DNA of 28,584 nucleotides from an uncultured Gemmatimonadota bacterium (GTDB lineage Bacteria > SM23-81 > DAOVCL01). The stretch covers positions 1-28,584 of the forward strand of contig CAZVGK010000035.1 of the NCBI GenBank assembly GCA_964626665.1, given 5' to 3'. Shown in pieces: positions 1 through 10,345 of the stretch. The notes under the pieces are model-generated. The model saw only the letters and a list, made by a program, of their open reading frames with translations, ran no database searches and was not told the origin of the DNA. How positions within the stretch are numbered: the stretch's first letter is position 1; every line of letters starts with the position of its first letter. The translations under genes were made by a program, and so were the position numbers.

Positions 1-71
1 GACTCTCACCAACAAGGTCAGCAGATAGCTGCGCTGCACGGGTTCTGCCACCTCGCCTTACGGCACATCAA

Positions 72-414
72 AGGGGCTAAAGCCCAGCAAAGGTTACCCC
101 GGCTAAAGCCGGGTAGAAAAACTGTAGGGGCAGGTCCTTAGACCTGTCCGAGGGAAGCGGACAGACATAAATGTCTGTCCTTACCTGTTGGCCGCAGACT
201 TCAGTCCGCTTCCTTTCACTACCTACGGGTAAAATAGGGACACTTCCTATTTTTTTACCATCTAGTATGGGGGAATTTCTTTGATTGAGCAGTCAGATGG
301 CCTCATCTGATCATCAACGGCCAGCCTACCTAATACCATGGGGAAGGTGATAGAATCGGAATTCTGCCACCTGGCCTTAGAAGGATGACGGAAAAGAGGA
401 AGTGTCCCTATTTT
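72..414. repeat. Cluster of REP-like palindromes downstream of rpoD
   Basis: CCCGGCTAAAGCCGGGTAGAA (98-118), GTAG-type doublet GTAGGGGCAGGTCCTTAGACCTGTCCG...CGGACAGACATAAATGTCTGTCCTTAC (124-184), AAAATAGGGACACTTCC (231) and its inverse GGAAGTGTCCCTATTTT (398), and GGTGATAGAATCGGAATTCTGCCACC (346-371). Related copies of these recur elsewhere in the window. Confidence 0.75.
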
Positions 415-415
415 A

Positions 416-2017
416 TTATGGGGAGAGGTCAAAGAACCTTCTGAGGCTTTCGGCTCGGCTGGGGTGTCTTAGCTTCTGCAGGGCTTTGGCCTCTATCTGT
501 CTTACCCTCTCCCTGGTCAGATTGAAGATGGTTCCTATCTCCTCTAAGGTACGCGGTCGCCCATCACCCAATCCAAACCGCAGCCTAATCACCTTCTCCT
601 CCTTCTGGGTGAGGGTGGTAAGGGCCTTCTCCAACTGCTCCTGCAGCATAAGGATGGCTACCGAACGGGCCGGGGACTCGGCGTTTTTGTCTTCCACAAA
701 ATCCAGGAAACGGCTCTCCTCGTCATTTCCTAACGGTCGATCCAGAGAGACGGGCTCCTGAGCGGCCTTGAGCATAGCGGCCACCTTCTCCACGGGGAGG
801 TTTAACCTCTGGGCGATCTCCTCTAAGGAAGGTTTGCGTCCATATTCCTGAACCAGCTTGCGTGAGACCTTCACCACCCTGTTTATGGCTTCTACCATAT
901 GCACGGGCACCCTGACGGTGCGGGCCTGATCGGCAATGGCCCGGATAATTGATTGCTTTATCCACCAACTTGCATAGGTGCTGAACTTATATCCTTTCCT
1001 GTAATCGAACTTCTCCACAGCCTTCATTAGGCCGCGGTTTCCCTCCTGGATAAGATCGAGAAATTCTAACCCCCTGTGGGTGTAGCATTTGGAGATGCTC
1101 ACCACCAGCCTCACATTGGCCTCGATCATCTCCCGTTTTGCCTTTTCCCTCTCCCTCATCCAGCGCTCCACCTCTTTGAGGCTATCCTTAAGCTTGGAGA
1201 TCCTTGCCCCTGACTGGGCCTCAATCCTCCGCAGTTTGCTCTTGCTGCCCCTTATCTGAGCCAAGACCTCTTCAGCCAATGGTTTCAGGGTTAAACCCTT
1301 ATGTTCCTTTATCCTCCTCAGGGTTAAGCCGACAACCTCCTTTTCCCTCTCTATGTTTTCTATCCTCTTCACTAAGTTGCGCAGGCTATCGGTAAGCTTG
1401 GAGACCACCCGGGAATGGAGGTTGAGCCTTTTTAGTTCCCTTTTGGCCTTTTCCCCTCCATCCTCTACGCTGAGGTATTTTCTGGCCCCCTCCATCCGGG
1501 CCAAGATCCACTTTCTCTTCCGGGAGATGATGGCCGCGGGGGTCCAGCGGTTGAAGTCGAGCCGCACCACCTGGTCTACCCGCAGTTGGTCCCTGCGGAG
1601 CCTCTTCCCTATGGTCAGGAGTTCCTTGATGCAGAGGGGAATATTGAGGAGGGCCCCCTTTATCCTGTTGTTGGCTTCCTCTATTCTCTTGGCGATTTTC
1701 ACCTCCCCTTCCCTATCCAAGAGGGGGACCTTGCCCATCTCCTTCATATACAACCAGACCGGATCATCGTGTTTAAATGCCCCGAGGGAAGGGCCCCTCT
1801 CCGCTGGTTTCCTCTTCTCCGCGGAGGAGGGTTCCTCTTCGAAGTCGCTGATCTTGATCCCTTCCTGCCTAATCATGGCCAGAAGGTCATCCATCTCATC
1901 GGAGGCGAGGACCTCCTGAGGGAGGAGCTCTTTTAACTGATCATAGGTGATCTCCCCCTTTCCCTTGATTAGCCTTTTTATCTTGGAGATCTCCTTTGAC
2001 CCGAAGTCCTGGGACAT
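416..2017 (-). CDS. rpoD: RNA polymerase primary sigma factor (sigma70)
   Basis: Region 1.1 (GEITYDQL), region 1.2 ([12 protein letters not shown]), region 2 ([11 protein letters not shown]...[35 protein letters not shown]), region 4 (TLEEIG...[13 protein letters not shown]). Directly downstream of dnaG with a TAATG stop/start overlap. Confidence 0.97.
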   Translation of the reverse strand: MSQDFGSKEISKIKRLIKGKGEITYDQLKELLPQEVLASDEMDDLLAMIRQEGIKISDFEEEPSSAEKRKPAERGPSLGAFKHDDPVWLYMKEMGKVPLLDREGEVKIAKRIEEANNRIKGALLNIPLCIKELLTIGKRLRRDQLRVDQVVRLDFNRWTPAAIISRKRKWILARMEGARKYLSVEDGGEKAKRELKRLNLHSRVVSKLTDSLRNLVKRIENIEREKEVVGLTLRRIKEHKGLTLKPLAEEVLAQIRGSKSKLRRIEAQSGARISKLKDSLKEVERWMREREKAKREMIEANVRLVVSISKCYTHRGLEFLDLIQEGNRGLMKAVEKFDYRKGYKFSTYASWWIKQSIIRAIADQARTVRVPVHMVEAINRVVKVSRKLVQEYGRKPSLEEIAQRLNLPVEKVAAMLKAAQEPVSLDRPLGNDEESRFLDFVEDKNAESPARSVAILMLQEQLEKALTTLTQKEEKVIRLRFGLGDGRPRTLEEIGTIFNLTRERVRQIEAKALQKLRHPSRAESLRRFFDLSP

Positions 2018-3729
2018 TAGGCTTTCTCCTTCAATTGGGATGAGATTATCTGATATTCCTTCAGCAACTCCTCCTCCTTGACCTCCTCTCCCCTTTCCTC
2101 CATCTCTTCCATCTGAGACTTCAACTGGGCCATCCTTCTCCTCAGAGCTTCCCTTTTGATGGCCCGGACATAGTCGATTAAGGCCTCCTCGGGTTCCTCC
2201 CCCCTGAATGAAGCCTGGGTAATTAACCTGGTTAGCTCCGGGTGTTCATCGATGAGGGAGGCAGGGGAGAAACTCCCTCCCCTCTGAGCTGTCTGGTAGA
2301 TGGAGCTAAGGAGTTGGGCCACCGGAGATGATCTAAGTTTGTCTATTTCCAGCCTTTCCTTTACCCAATCCACCTTCTGCGGATGGATGAGAAGGTAACC
2401 AAGAATGGCAACCTCTGCCCTCTCTGGCCTGTATAAGGGGGGGGAGGAGAGCTCACCCCCCCTCTGCTTGAGGGAAGAGGAGATAAAATCTTCCTCGATA
2501 TGGAGGAGTTGGGCTGCCTTCCTTACCCACAGCCTCCTTTTTAAGGGGTCTTTTATATGGGCTAAGGTGGAGCCAATCTCCTTTATCGTCACTAGCTTGC
2601 CAGCCACGGTAGTGGTCTTGTGTTGTCCTTTGAGCCTCTGCAAACGGCTATCCAAGAAATTCTCCGCCTCGGCAAGGCATCTGGCAAATCCCCCTTTTCC
2701 CTTTCTCACCAGGCCATCCGGATCCTCCCCGGGGGGAAGGGTGAGCAGTTCCACCTCCAAGCCAGCCTCTAAGAGGAGTTCCATCCCCCTTTGGGCCGCG
2801 GTCTCACCTGCCGCATCGGCATCATAACTGATTACCGCCTTAGAGGCATAGCGGGAGAGGAGTCTGGCCTGGTCCAGGGTGAGTGATGTGCCCAGAGAGG
2901 CCACCACATTTCTGAAGTCAGCCTGGTAGAGGGTGAGAAGATCGGTATATCCCTCTACAACGATGGCCCATTCCTGTTTCCTGATGTGCTCCTTTGTATT
3001 GAAAAGGGCATAAAGGAGGGAGCCCTTGTGATAGATGGGTGTCTCATTAGTGTTTAGGTATTTCGGCTCCTGGGCACCGGGGAATGCCCTCCCTCCAAAG
3101 GCCACTACTCCGCCGGAAAGGTTAAAGATGGGGAAGATAAGCCGATCCCGGAATCGGTCGTAATACCCTGATCCCTTCTGGCTCCTGACAGCCAGACCGG
3201 CCTTGCAGAGTAGATCTGGGGAAAGGGACTTCTTCTGAGCCTCCCTCAACAGGTTATCCCATCCCGCAGGGGCATAGCCCAACTTGAACTCTTCCCAAAG
3301 CCCCTCCTCATAACCCCTTTCCCGCAGGTAATCTTTGGCCTTGAAAGAGTCCTGCAACCTGAGTTGGAAAAAGGAGAGGGCTAACTGGTTGGCCTTGAAG
3401 AGGAGGTCATTCTCCTGGTGAGGCATTCCAGATTGGGGAATCTGGATGTTTGCCCGGCGGGCCAGGAATTTTAATGCCTCCCCAAATCCCATTTTCTCGT
3501 GCTCCCTGAGGAAGGTAAAGATGTTCCCTCCAGCCCCACAGCCAAAACAATGGTATATCTGTTTCTCCCGGTTTACGCTGAAGGAGGGGGTCTTTTCGGT
3601 GTGAAAGGGACAGAGGCCAAACCAGTTTCCCCCCTTTTTTTTCAGAGGGACGTATTCGGAGATGAGCTCAACGATGTCATTGCTCTCCCTGATTTTGTCT
3701 ATTAGCTCCTGGCTTAATCTGGGGCTCAA
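2017..3729 (-). CDS. dnaG: DNA primase
   Basis: CHC2 zinc finger ([11 protein letters not shown]...CFGC), [23 protein letters not shown] motifs VEGYTD, YDADAAG and DPD. TTG start with AGGAG upstream. Confidence 0.97.
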   Translation of the reverse strand: MSPRLSQELIDKIRESNDIVELISEYVPLKKKGGNWFGLCPFHTEKTPSFSVNREKQIYHCFGCGAGGNIFTFLREHEKMGFGEALKFLARRANIQIPQSGMPHQENDLLFKANQLALSFFQLRLQDSFKAKDYLRERGYEEGLWEEFKLGYAPAGWDNLLREAQKKSLSPDLLCKAGLAVRSQKGSGYYDRFRDRLIFPIFNLSGGVVAFGGRAFPGAQEPKYLNTNETPIYHKGSLLYALFNTKEHIRKQEWAIVVEGYTDLLTLYQADFRNVVASLGTSLTLDQARLLSRYASKAVISYDADAAGETAAQRGMELLLEAGLEVELLTLPPGEDPDGLVRKGKGGFARCLAEAENFLDSRLQRLKGQHKTTTVAGKLVTIKEIGSTLAHIKDPLKRRLWVRKAAQLLHIEEDFISSSLKQRGGELSSPPLYRPERAEVAILGYLLIHPQKVDWVKERLEIDKLRSSPVAQLLSSIYQTAQRGGSFSPASLIDEHPELTRLITQASFRGEEPEEALIDYVRAIKREALRRRMAQLKSQMEEMEERGEEVKEEELLKEYQIISSQLKEKA

Positions 3730-3744
3730 AGGCTCTCTCCTGAT

Positions 3745-3830
3745 GAATTTAGCTCGCTTTAGCGAGACCTTTTTGACGGGATGGACAGGATTTACAGGAT
3801 TTTTGCTTCTCCCGTTTATCCTGTCTAAAA
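3745..3830 (-). repeat. AATCCTGTAAATCCTGT...+hairpin+CTAAATTC composite repeat upstream of dnaG
   Basis: Same architecture as the elements at 7277-7322 and 8641-8700. Confidence 0.7.
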
Positions 3831-3846
3831 TGGAAATTTAGAGATG

Positions 3847-6168
3847 TCAGGTTTTCAGTTCCACCACGGTCACCCCACTCCCCCCCTCTCCCAATTCACC
3901 TAGCCTGGCGGACTTGACCATAGGGTGATCCTCTAGATAGGAGGCAATCTTCCTTCTCAGGGCTCCGGTCCCCTTGCCATGGATAATCCTTACCCGCTCT
4001 AATCCGGCCAGAAGGGCTTCATCCAAATACTTATCTATCCTCTCCTGGGCCTCCTCGGCAGTCTGGCCTCGCAGGTCAATCTCTAAGCGGACCTGGGAAG
4101 GAAGGTTATACCTTACCCCTGGCCGCGGCCTGTCCTCCTCTGGTTCCTCTGATCTTCTTAACTCGGTGAGGGGGGTTATTATATTGGCCCTTCCCACCCG
4201 TACATTTGCCCTCCCCCCACCGAGGATGGACTGCACCCTTCCCTGAGCACTCAATGTGCCCAGCCGCACCAGGTCACCCACCTTGATCTCCTCCTCCTGA
4301 GGCAGAGGGGGGAGCTGGGGGCTGAGCTTCTCCTTTGCCTGTTTCAATTCCCTTTTGACCTGGAGGATAGCCGACCTCTCTGCCTTCCTCCCCTTTAATT
4401 CCGCAATGAGATGTTCCACCCTTCTGTTTGTCTGGGAGAGGAGGGTCTGGGCTTCCCGGCGAGCTTCCTCCCTAATCCTTTTGGCCTCCTCCTTTGCCCC
4501 CGTAAGCCTCTCCTCATAAAGGGTTAAGAGCCGGGAAGCCTCCTTTTCCTTAACCTCCCAGGCCTCTTGTTCCTCCTTCATCCTCCGGGTGGTGCGATCC
4601 AGATCGGCTATCAGGCCCTCCAGCCTAAAGACCCCTTTGCCCAGCCGAGCTGCGGCCCTTTGGGTAACCTCCTGGGGCATACCCATGCGGCGGCAGATCT
4701 CTAAGCCATAACTGCGGCCAGGGACCTGGGCCCTGAAGCGATAGGTGGGCTGGAGGGTGGACTCGTCAAACTCCATCGAGCCATTTTCCATAAGAGGGTG
4801 CTGATGGACAAAGGCTTTCAGTGGGGTATGGTGGGTAGTAGCTACCACCATCCCTCCCCTCTGGGCCAGAGCCTCCAGGACTGCCTCCCCTAAGGCTGAC
4901 CCCTCCTTGGGGTCCGTATCCCCTCCTAATTCGTCTAAAAGGCTGAGGGTATGGGCACCGACCCCATTGAGGACCTCCACCAGGTTCTGAATATGGGAGG
5001 AAAAGCTACTTAACGACTTCTCGATGGATTGTTCATCCCCTATGTCCGCGAAGATCTTGGTGAACAGGGGGAAATGGCTCTCCGCTTTGGCCGGGACCAG
5101 GAGGCCAGATTGGACCATAAGCGCCAAGAGGCCAACAGTTTTTAGGGCAACCGTTTTGCCCCCGGCATTGGGGCCAGTGATGAGGAGCACCCTGTTTTCC
5201 CCCAGGGTAAGGGAGAGGGGGACCACAGGGCCTTTCTCCCCCAGGATCAAGAGGGGATGTCTGGCCTGCACAAGCTTTAAATTCCCTCCCTTTCCCAGGT
5301 CTGGCCTCTCCGCCTTTAGATCTATGGCTAACTGAGCAGCCGCCCAAAGAAGATCTATCTCCCCTAAGAGACCTAATTCCTCCTCCAATTCATCCAATTT
5401 GGCGCGCAGGTTATCGGCGAGTTCCCGCAGTATCCTCTCCTCCTCCCCTTTCTCCTCGGAGAGGAGCTCCCGCAGTTGATTGTTCATATTCACCGCAGTT
5501 AGGGGTTCGATGAAGAGGGTAGCCCCGCTGGCAGAACGGTCGTGAATCACCCCTTTCATCCTTCCCTTTTCCTCCTGTTTTACGGGGAGGACAAAGCGGC
5601 CATCCCTGAGGGTAACGAATGGTTCCTGGAGGATGTTCCTTCCCAGAGAGGAGGTCATAATGGAGGCAAGCTTATCCTTTAATCTTCCCTTGATGACCCT
5701 TATTCTTTTCCTGATGAGTGAAAGCTGGGGGCTGGCCGAATCGGTTATCTCTCCATTTGGCTCGACGGCCCTCTCTATGGAGGAGATGATCTCCTTGTGG
5801 GGGTGAAATCCTTTAAGGAGGGAAGAAAGTTCTGGACAGATCTTCTCACACCCTTGGGAGAAGCGGAGGAGATCCCAGCAGAGTTTGAGATTAGAGAGAA
5901 TTTGCAGAAGGTCCTTAGGCTCGAGGAAAGTCCCCCTTCTCCTCAGCCTGCGCAGGGAAGACCTGGTATCCAGGAGCCCCCCCCAGGGGAAGTCTGGAGC
6001 CACCTCCTTCAACTGAAGGATAGTATCCAGTCTCCTCTCGATGAGATCCTTCCCCCTGAGGGGGACAATCCTCTGGGCAAGTTCCCTGCCCAGGGGAGAG
6101 GTGGCCCTTTGGGAGAGAAACCCTCTGATCTTGTCAAATTCCAAGACCTTTTGGGTATGATCCATCAT
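3847..6168 (-). CDS. mutS2: Endonuclease/ribosome-splitting ATPase MutS2
   Basis: N-terminal KVLEFDKI, Walker A ITGPNAGGKT, ADIGDEQSIEKSLSSFSSH, LLDELG, C-terminal Smr domain (IDLRG...IIHGKGTG). Start set at ATG 6168 (or 6165) rather than the ORF-track 6246. Confidence 0.95.
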   Translation of the reverse strand: MMDHTQKVLEFDKIRGFLSQRATSPLGRELAQRIVPLRGKDLIERRLDTILQLKEVAPDFPWGGLLDTRSSLRRLRRRGTFLEPKDLLQILSNLKLCWDLLRFSQGCEKICPELSSLLKGFHPHKEIISSIERAVEPNGEITDSASPQLSLIRKRIRVIKGRLKDKLASIMTSSLGRNILQEPFVTLRDGRFVLPVKQEEKGRMKGVIHDRSASGATLFIEPLTAVNMNNQLRELLSEEKGEEERILRELADNLRAKLDELEEELGLLGEIDLLWAAAQLAIDLKAERPDLGKGGNLKLVQARHPLLILGEKGPVVPLSLTLGENRVLLITGPNAGGKTVALKTVGLLALMVQSGLLVPAKAESHFPLFTKIFADIGDEQSIEKSLSSFSSHIQNLVEVLNGVGAHTLSLLDELGGDTDPKEGSALGEAVLEALAQRGGMVVATTHHTPLKAFVHQHPLMENGSMEFDESTLQPTYRFRAQVPGRSYGLEICRRMGMPQEVTQRAAARLGKGVFRLEGLIADLDRTTRRMKEEQEAWEVKEKEASRLLTLYEERLTGAKEEAKRIREEARREAQTLLSQTNRRVEHLIAELKGRKAERSAILQVKRELKQAKEKLSPQLPPLPQEEEIKVGDLVRLGTLSAQGRVQSILGGGRANVRVGRANIITPLTELRRSEEPEEDRPRPGVRYNLPSQVRLEIDLRGQTAEEAQERIDKYLDEALLAGLERVRIIHGKGTGALRRKIASYLEDHPMVKSARLGELGEGGSGVTVVELKT

Positions 6169-6374
6169 TTTCCCTTGGAATGATGGAGATTGCCCGGAAA
6201 GATGGATTTCTCCCCGCCACCGCGGTTTCCCCTTTGCCCAGGCCAAAGGGGAAACCCCCTCATCCTGCTATAGCGTTTACCCATTTCTGCCCCTCCAAAT
6301 GGGCCCAAGGCAAGAAGAGTATAATGAAGAGAGCAAATCAGCTCCCAGCCTCATGGCTGGCTGATTGCCCTTTC

Positions 6375-6540
6375 CTATTTCCTCTTTTTAGTTTTGTTTA
6401 GCCTCTTCCTTCTCTTTTCGCTTGGGTTCTCGGAGTGTGGGTGTTTCTTAACCTCAGATAGGATGACCTCCTGCTCAACTATGCGGTTAAATCTGCGAAG
6501 GGCCTCTTCAAAAGGTTCGTTTTACCCTGACATCTGGCGC
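6375..6540 (-). pseudogene. rpsU: 30S ribosomal protein S21 pseudogene
   Basis: Manual translation gives (A)PDVRVK, a frameshift near 6520, then EPFEEALRRFNRIVEQEVILSEVKKHPHSENPSEKRRKRLNKTKKRK*. This is the S21 pattern at the canonical head of the rpsU-dnaG-rpoD operon. GCG stands where the start codon should be. Confidence 0.85.
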
Positions 6541-6571
6541 TAACCTGACTTCTTTCCCATTGCTTTGGAGA

Positions 6572-6600
6572 AAAATAATAAATCCTCCATTGCTTGTCAA
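6572..6600 (-). promoter_or_regulatory. Sigma70 promoter of the rpsU-mutS2-dnaG-rpoD operon
   Basis: TTGACA-17 bp-TATTTT on the minus strand. Confidence 0.65.
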
Positions 6601-6759
6601 GTTTTTAGTGACGAATCCCCTGTTTAGCTCGGAGATTTTATGGAAGGAGACCGGAGGATGAGGAACTTTGGGGAGGGGAGAACCTGTCCGCGGAGGTGGG
6701 TTGCGGCATCAGCAGGCTGGCCGGTTTCCGAAAAACCTCTCCTATGGTTGATTTAGAAA

Positions 6760-6788
6760 TTGACAAACGGCTTTCCCTTTGCTATTCT
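6760..6788 (+). promoter_or_regulatory. Divergent sigma70 promoter
   Basis: TTGACA-17 bp-TATTCT with a TG extended -10 element. Confidence 0.6.
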
Positions 6789-6854
6789 CCTGTAAACAGG
6801 GATTCCACCCAAAGACAATTTAATTATGCACCAATATACTTTCCGTAATATTCT

Positions 6855-7035
6855 CACATTGGTCTCTTAGGTGTCATTGCGAAGCATGTTCCGAGCCGAA
6901 GCCCCGAACGCAGTGAGGGGGCAAGCGAGGGAACTGACCGAAGCAATCCCTTGGAGATTGCTTCGCTTCGTTCGCAATGACACCAAATGATACATTGCTT
7001 CGCTGCGCTCGTAATGACAGGTAATCTATTTTACA
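6855..7035. repeat. GTCATTGCGA...AAGCAATC / GATTGCTTCG...CGCAATGAC palindromic element (RPE-like) with nested insert
   Basis: Inverse homologue at 22697-22822 including flanks (CACATTGGT, GTAAyCTATTT), another copy at 23557-23658, and a partial copy at 18495-18518. Confidence 0.8.
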
Positions 7036-7085
7036 CTCCCGTAATGATTTGCTTAACTCTCAGGTTTTGTATACATGGCTCCACT

Positions 7086-7209
7086 GCAAAAACCATAGAA
7101 TCGGTAGCCGCAGGCTTCAGTAAGCGGAAGGAAATCACATTAAATCAACCAATTACGCAACCTAAGGGTTGCGGCTACCTAATTTTTCGACCTTTTTGCA
7201 GCGCAGTCA
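7086..7209. repeat. REP doublet element GTAGCCGCAGGCTTCAG...CGCAACCTAAGGGTTGCGGCTAC, copy 1
   Basis: Diverged direct-repeat copy at 10346-10467. Confidence 0.75.
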
Positions 7210-7336
7210 TAACATACTTTTTTTATTCTATTTGAGTTGTAGGGGCGTTCATAGGCGGGACGGGCAGGATGAACAAAATCCTGTTATCCTGTCAGAAAAC
7301 CCCGCCACAGGGGCAAAGTTCAAGAAAGGAGGTAAG

Positions 7337-8488
7337 ATGGGAAAGGGCATCAAGTTTTTATCCTTATTTTTAGTTTTGACCTTCCTCTGGCCATCGGTTG
7401 GGGCCTATCCTGCTCAGTTACGGGGAGGGGAGACAGTCTCCCTGGCTGAGGGGGAGAGGTGGAGCGGGAATGCTATGGTGACTGGGGAAACGGTGAGGAT
7501 AAGTGGGACCGTCGGAGGGGATCTTCTCTGTCTGGCCAGAGGATTAACCGTTGAGGGGAACGTCCGTCAGGATCTCTGGGGGATAGCGGAGGAGATCGAT
7601 CTGCTGGGTCAGGTGGGGGGAGATCTGCGGGGGATGGGACGCCGGATAATGGTTAGGGGAGAGCTAGGGGGTGACCTTCTCGCCGGTTGCCAAGTTCTTT
7701 CCCTACCCAAGGGTGGAGTAATTGGGGGGGAGGTTAGGGTGGGGTGTAAGGAGGCGGAGCTAAACGGAACCATAAAAGGGGATGTCCACATTTCCGCCCA
7801 GACAATCTGGTTGGGTGGGGGAATAGAGGGGGATGCTTACCTCAAGGCCAAGAGGATAATTCTCTCCCCCACTGTGATTATAAAGGGGAAGCTTAACTAC
7901 AAGGGGCCAACGGAGATGGCAATCCCTGAAGGGGCAAAAATCCAAGGGGGTTATCAATGGGTGAGGCCGGAGGTGAAGAAAGGGGGAAGGGGGATGCTCT
8001 CAATCTTCCTGGAGGTTGCCCTCTTCCTTGGTCTCCTTATCGTGGGGATAATTGCGGTAAGCCTTTCCCAGCGAAACGCCCTTCTGGTCTCACAGACCCT
8101 GGCTTCCTCCCCCTGGAAGAGCTTAGGCTGGGGATTGCTCGTCCTTATCTGTCTGCCCGTGGCCATATTTATCCTCCTGCTTACGGTGATTGGCCTACCT
8201 CTGGCGGTCTTTGTCCTGTTTGGTTATATCCTGGGCCTCTATCTGAGCAAGATATTTGTAGGCGTCTTCATCGGAGGTAAAATTTTAGGGATCTTCTTTA
8301 AAAAGAGTCTATCGCCGATCTGGTCCTTGGTATTAGGCCTGATCATCCTCACCCTTTTGGCCAAAGTCCCCTATTTGGGCTGGCCAGTGAGGATCCTCAC
8401 GCTAATCTTCGGCCTTGGGGCCCTTCTTATCAGCAGGAGAGCCCTTTGGCTTCAGGCCAGGGCAAAAGGAGCTAATTTAGGAGGGTGA
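7337..8488 (+). CDS. Membrane protein with signal peptide, polymer-forming (bactofilin-like beta-helix) repeats and C-terminal transmembrane helices
   Basis: Repeated (I/V)xGxVxGDL motifs followed by several hydrophobic segments (LLLTVIGLPLA...VPYLGW). AGGAGG at 7327-7332 supports ATG 7337 rather than 7169. Confidence 0.8.
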   Translation: MGKGIKFLSLFLVLTFLWPSVGAYPAQLRGGETVSLAEGERWSGNAMVTGETVRISGTVGGDLLCLARGLTVEGNVRQDLWGIAEEIDLLGQVGGDLRGMGRRIMVRGELGGDLLAGCQVLSLPKGGVIGGEVRVGCKEAELNGTIKGDVHISAQTIWLGGGIEGDAYLKAKRIILSPTVIIKGKLNYKGPTEMAIPEGAKIQGGYQWVRPEVKKGGRGMLSIFLEVALFLGLLIVGIIAVSLSQRNALLVSQTLASSPWKSLGWGLLVLICLPVAIFILLLTVIGLPLAVFVLFGYILGLYLSKIFVGVFIGGKILGIFFKKSLSPIWSLVLGLIILTLLAKVPYLGWPVRILTLIFGLGALLISRRALWLQARAKGANLGG

Positions 8489-8710
8489 GATGACAAAGAT
8501 AGCCTGGTTTATTCTATTCAAAAGTGTGCTGTCAGGAGTTACCTCTTCCGCCAGGAATTCCGCCCGAACGGGGCTGACAGATCTTGAAAGGTCTGGAGAC
8601 CTCCTCCCCCAACTCCAGTGCAGGTTAGGGGATGAATAAAAAAAATCCTGTAAATCCTGTTATCCTGTCAAAAAACCCCGCCCGCAGGGCGCTAAGTTTA
8701 AGGAGGTGAA

Positions 8711-10282
8711 ATGTTCAGAATAGTCTGGCTTATTTTCCTGCTTTCCGCTTTCCTCTGCCCCTCTGGCCTGAAGGGTTTTGCCCTGCCCGCTCCCACCCGT
8801 TGCCCCGCGGGGCTGGCCTGGGATGGGAGTAGCCTCTGGCTGGCGGACTGGAGGGAGGCCAAGATCTATGAGATCGATCCCCAGTCGGGCCGGGTAAGGG
8901 GAACCTTCCCTGCACCCTGTCCCAGGCCAACCGGTTTGGCCTGGGTCAAGGGCAATCTCTTTGTGGCTGATGGGGAGGGGATGATCTATGGCTATAACCC
9001 TTATAATGGGGAGGTAAGGGTGAGGTTCCCGGTCCCTGGGTCTGCACCTGCCGGCCTGGGATGGGATGGCCATGCCCTGATCACTGCCGCTGGCAAGACG
9101 ATTTATCTGTTTAATCCATTGGATGGAACCACCTTGGACTATTTTCCCGCTCCCTATCTTGGCTCCCAGGGAGTCTGCTTTGACGGGAGATATATCTGGT
9201 TGGCTGACCGGCGGAGGGATGAGCTCTACCCTCTTCGTCCCCAGGACGGAATACCTGTGACCTCGCTGGCCTCCCCCGGCCCTTATCCCTGCGGCCTGGC
9301 CTGGGATGGGAAATCGATTTGGAATGTGGACTTTCAGACGGATAGCCTCTACAGGATTGATCCCGCCGAGTTTCTCCCCTTTCGGGTCACAGACTATCGA
9401 AAGGTGGAGTTGGAGTTTATCCATAGATTGGAAAATCAGGGCCCGGGCAGGGTAAAATCAGGTCAGATAGCCATAGCCCTGCCCACCGACTCCCCGCAGC
9501 AGAAGTTACTCTCCCCTATCAGGTATAAGCCCCAGCCTGCTCAGGTGGTCACCGATCGCTGGGGGCAAAAGGTTGCCCTTTATTCTCTCCAAGACCTGGG
9601 CCCTGACCAGCGGGTGGAGGTAGGTTACAGGTTGAGGGTTAGGTTAGGGGAGATCAGCTACACACTTTTCCCAGAGAGGGCGGGGAGGCTAAAGGAGATA
9701 CCCCAGGAGGTGAGGGATAGGTATCTGGTTGATGGTTCCAGGTATCTAATCAGCGGGGACTTGGTAAAGGGCAAGGCCAAAGAGATAACCGCTGGGGAGA
9801 GGAATACCTACTGGATAGCCCGGAAGATATTTAATTGGGTAATCAGCCACCTGGAGTATGAGAGGGTAGGGGGATGGGATGTGGCCCCTACCCTGATCAA
9901 GCGGGGAACGGGGTCCTGTTCCGAGTATAGCTTCCTCTTCATCGCCCTCTGCCGGGCAAGTGGTCTTCCCGCCAGGTTTGCCGGAGGGACGGCGATGAGG
10001 GGAGATGAGACCTCGGTGGACGGGGTTTATCATCGCTGGGCAGAGGTCTACCTGCCAGGATATGGTTGGGTGCCCGTAGACCCCAGTAGGGGAGACAGAA
10101 GGTATGGAGCAGACAGGATAGCCGCCATCGGATCACTATCCAACCGCCTCTTTGTCACTACCCGCGGAGGGGGTGACTCCCAATATCTGGGTTGGGACTA
10201 CAACTCCTCCTCCCGCTACACCTGCCAGGGGAGATGTGAGGTGAAGGAGGAGGCCTTCTTCATCTGGCGCCCCGCCGAGTAG
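8711..10282 (+). CDS. Secreted beta-propeller (GLAWDG repeats) plus transglutaminase-like cysteine protease domain protein
   Basis: Signal peptide, about five P-x-GLAWDG-type blades, Cys-His-Asp triad motifs GSCSEYS, HRWAEVY and WVPVDPS. SD AAGGAGGTG. Confidence 0.85.
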   Translation: MFRIVWLIFLLSAFLCPSGLKGFALPAPTRCPAGLAWDGSSLWLADWREAKIYEIDPQSGRVRGTFPAPCPRPTGLAWVKGNLFVADGEGMIYGYNPYNGEVRVRFPVPGSAPAGLGWDGHALITAAGKTIYLFNPLDGTTLDYFPAPYLGSQGVCFDGRYIWLADRRRDELYPLRPQDGIPVTSLASPGPYPCGLAWDGKSIWNVDFQTDSLYRIDPAEFLPFRVTDYRKVELEFIHRLENQGPGRVKSGQIAIALPTDSPQQKLLSPIRYKPQPAQVVTDRWGQKVALYSLQDLGPDQRVEVGYRLRVRLGEISYTLFPERAGRLKEIPQEVRDRYLVDGSRYLISGDLVKGKAKEITAGERNTYWIARKIFNWVISHLEYERVGGWDVAPTLIKRGTGSCSEYSFLFIALCRASGLPARFAGGTAMRGDETSVDGVYHRWAEVYLPGYGWVPVDPSRGDRRYGADRIAAIGSLSNRLFVTTRGGGDSQYLGWDYNSSSRYTCQGRCEVKEEAFFIWRPAE

Positions 10283-10345
10283 GGAGCTCCCCCCCAGGCC
10301 AGCGAAGCTTCAAATGCAGAATGAAAATGTAGGGTCAACCATAGG

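Noticed and set aside
402-6401. Plus-strand and alternative-frame ORFs over rpoD, dnaG and mutS2 (and similar ones over nadB, guaA, the antiporters and the 1249-aa gene)
   Set aside because: Shadow ORFs overlapping well-supported genes, with no recognisable motifs.
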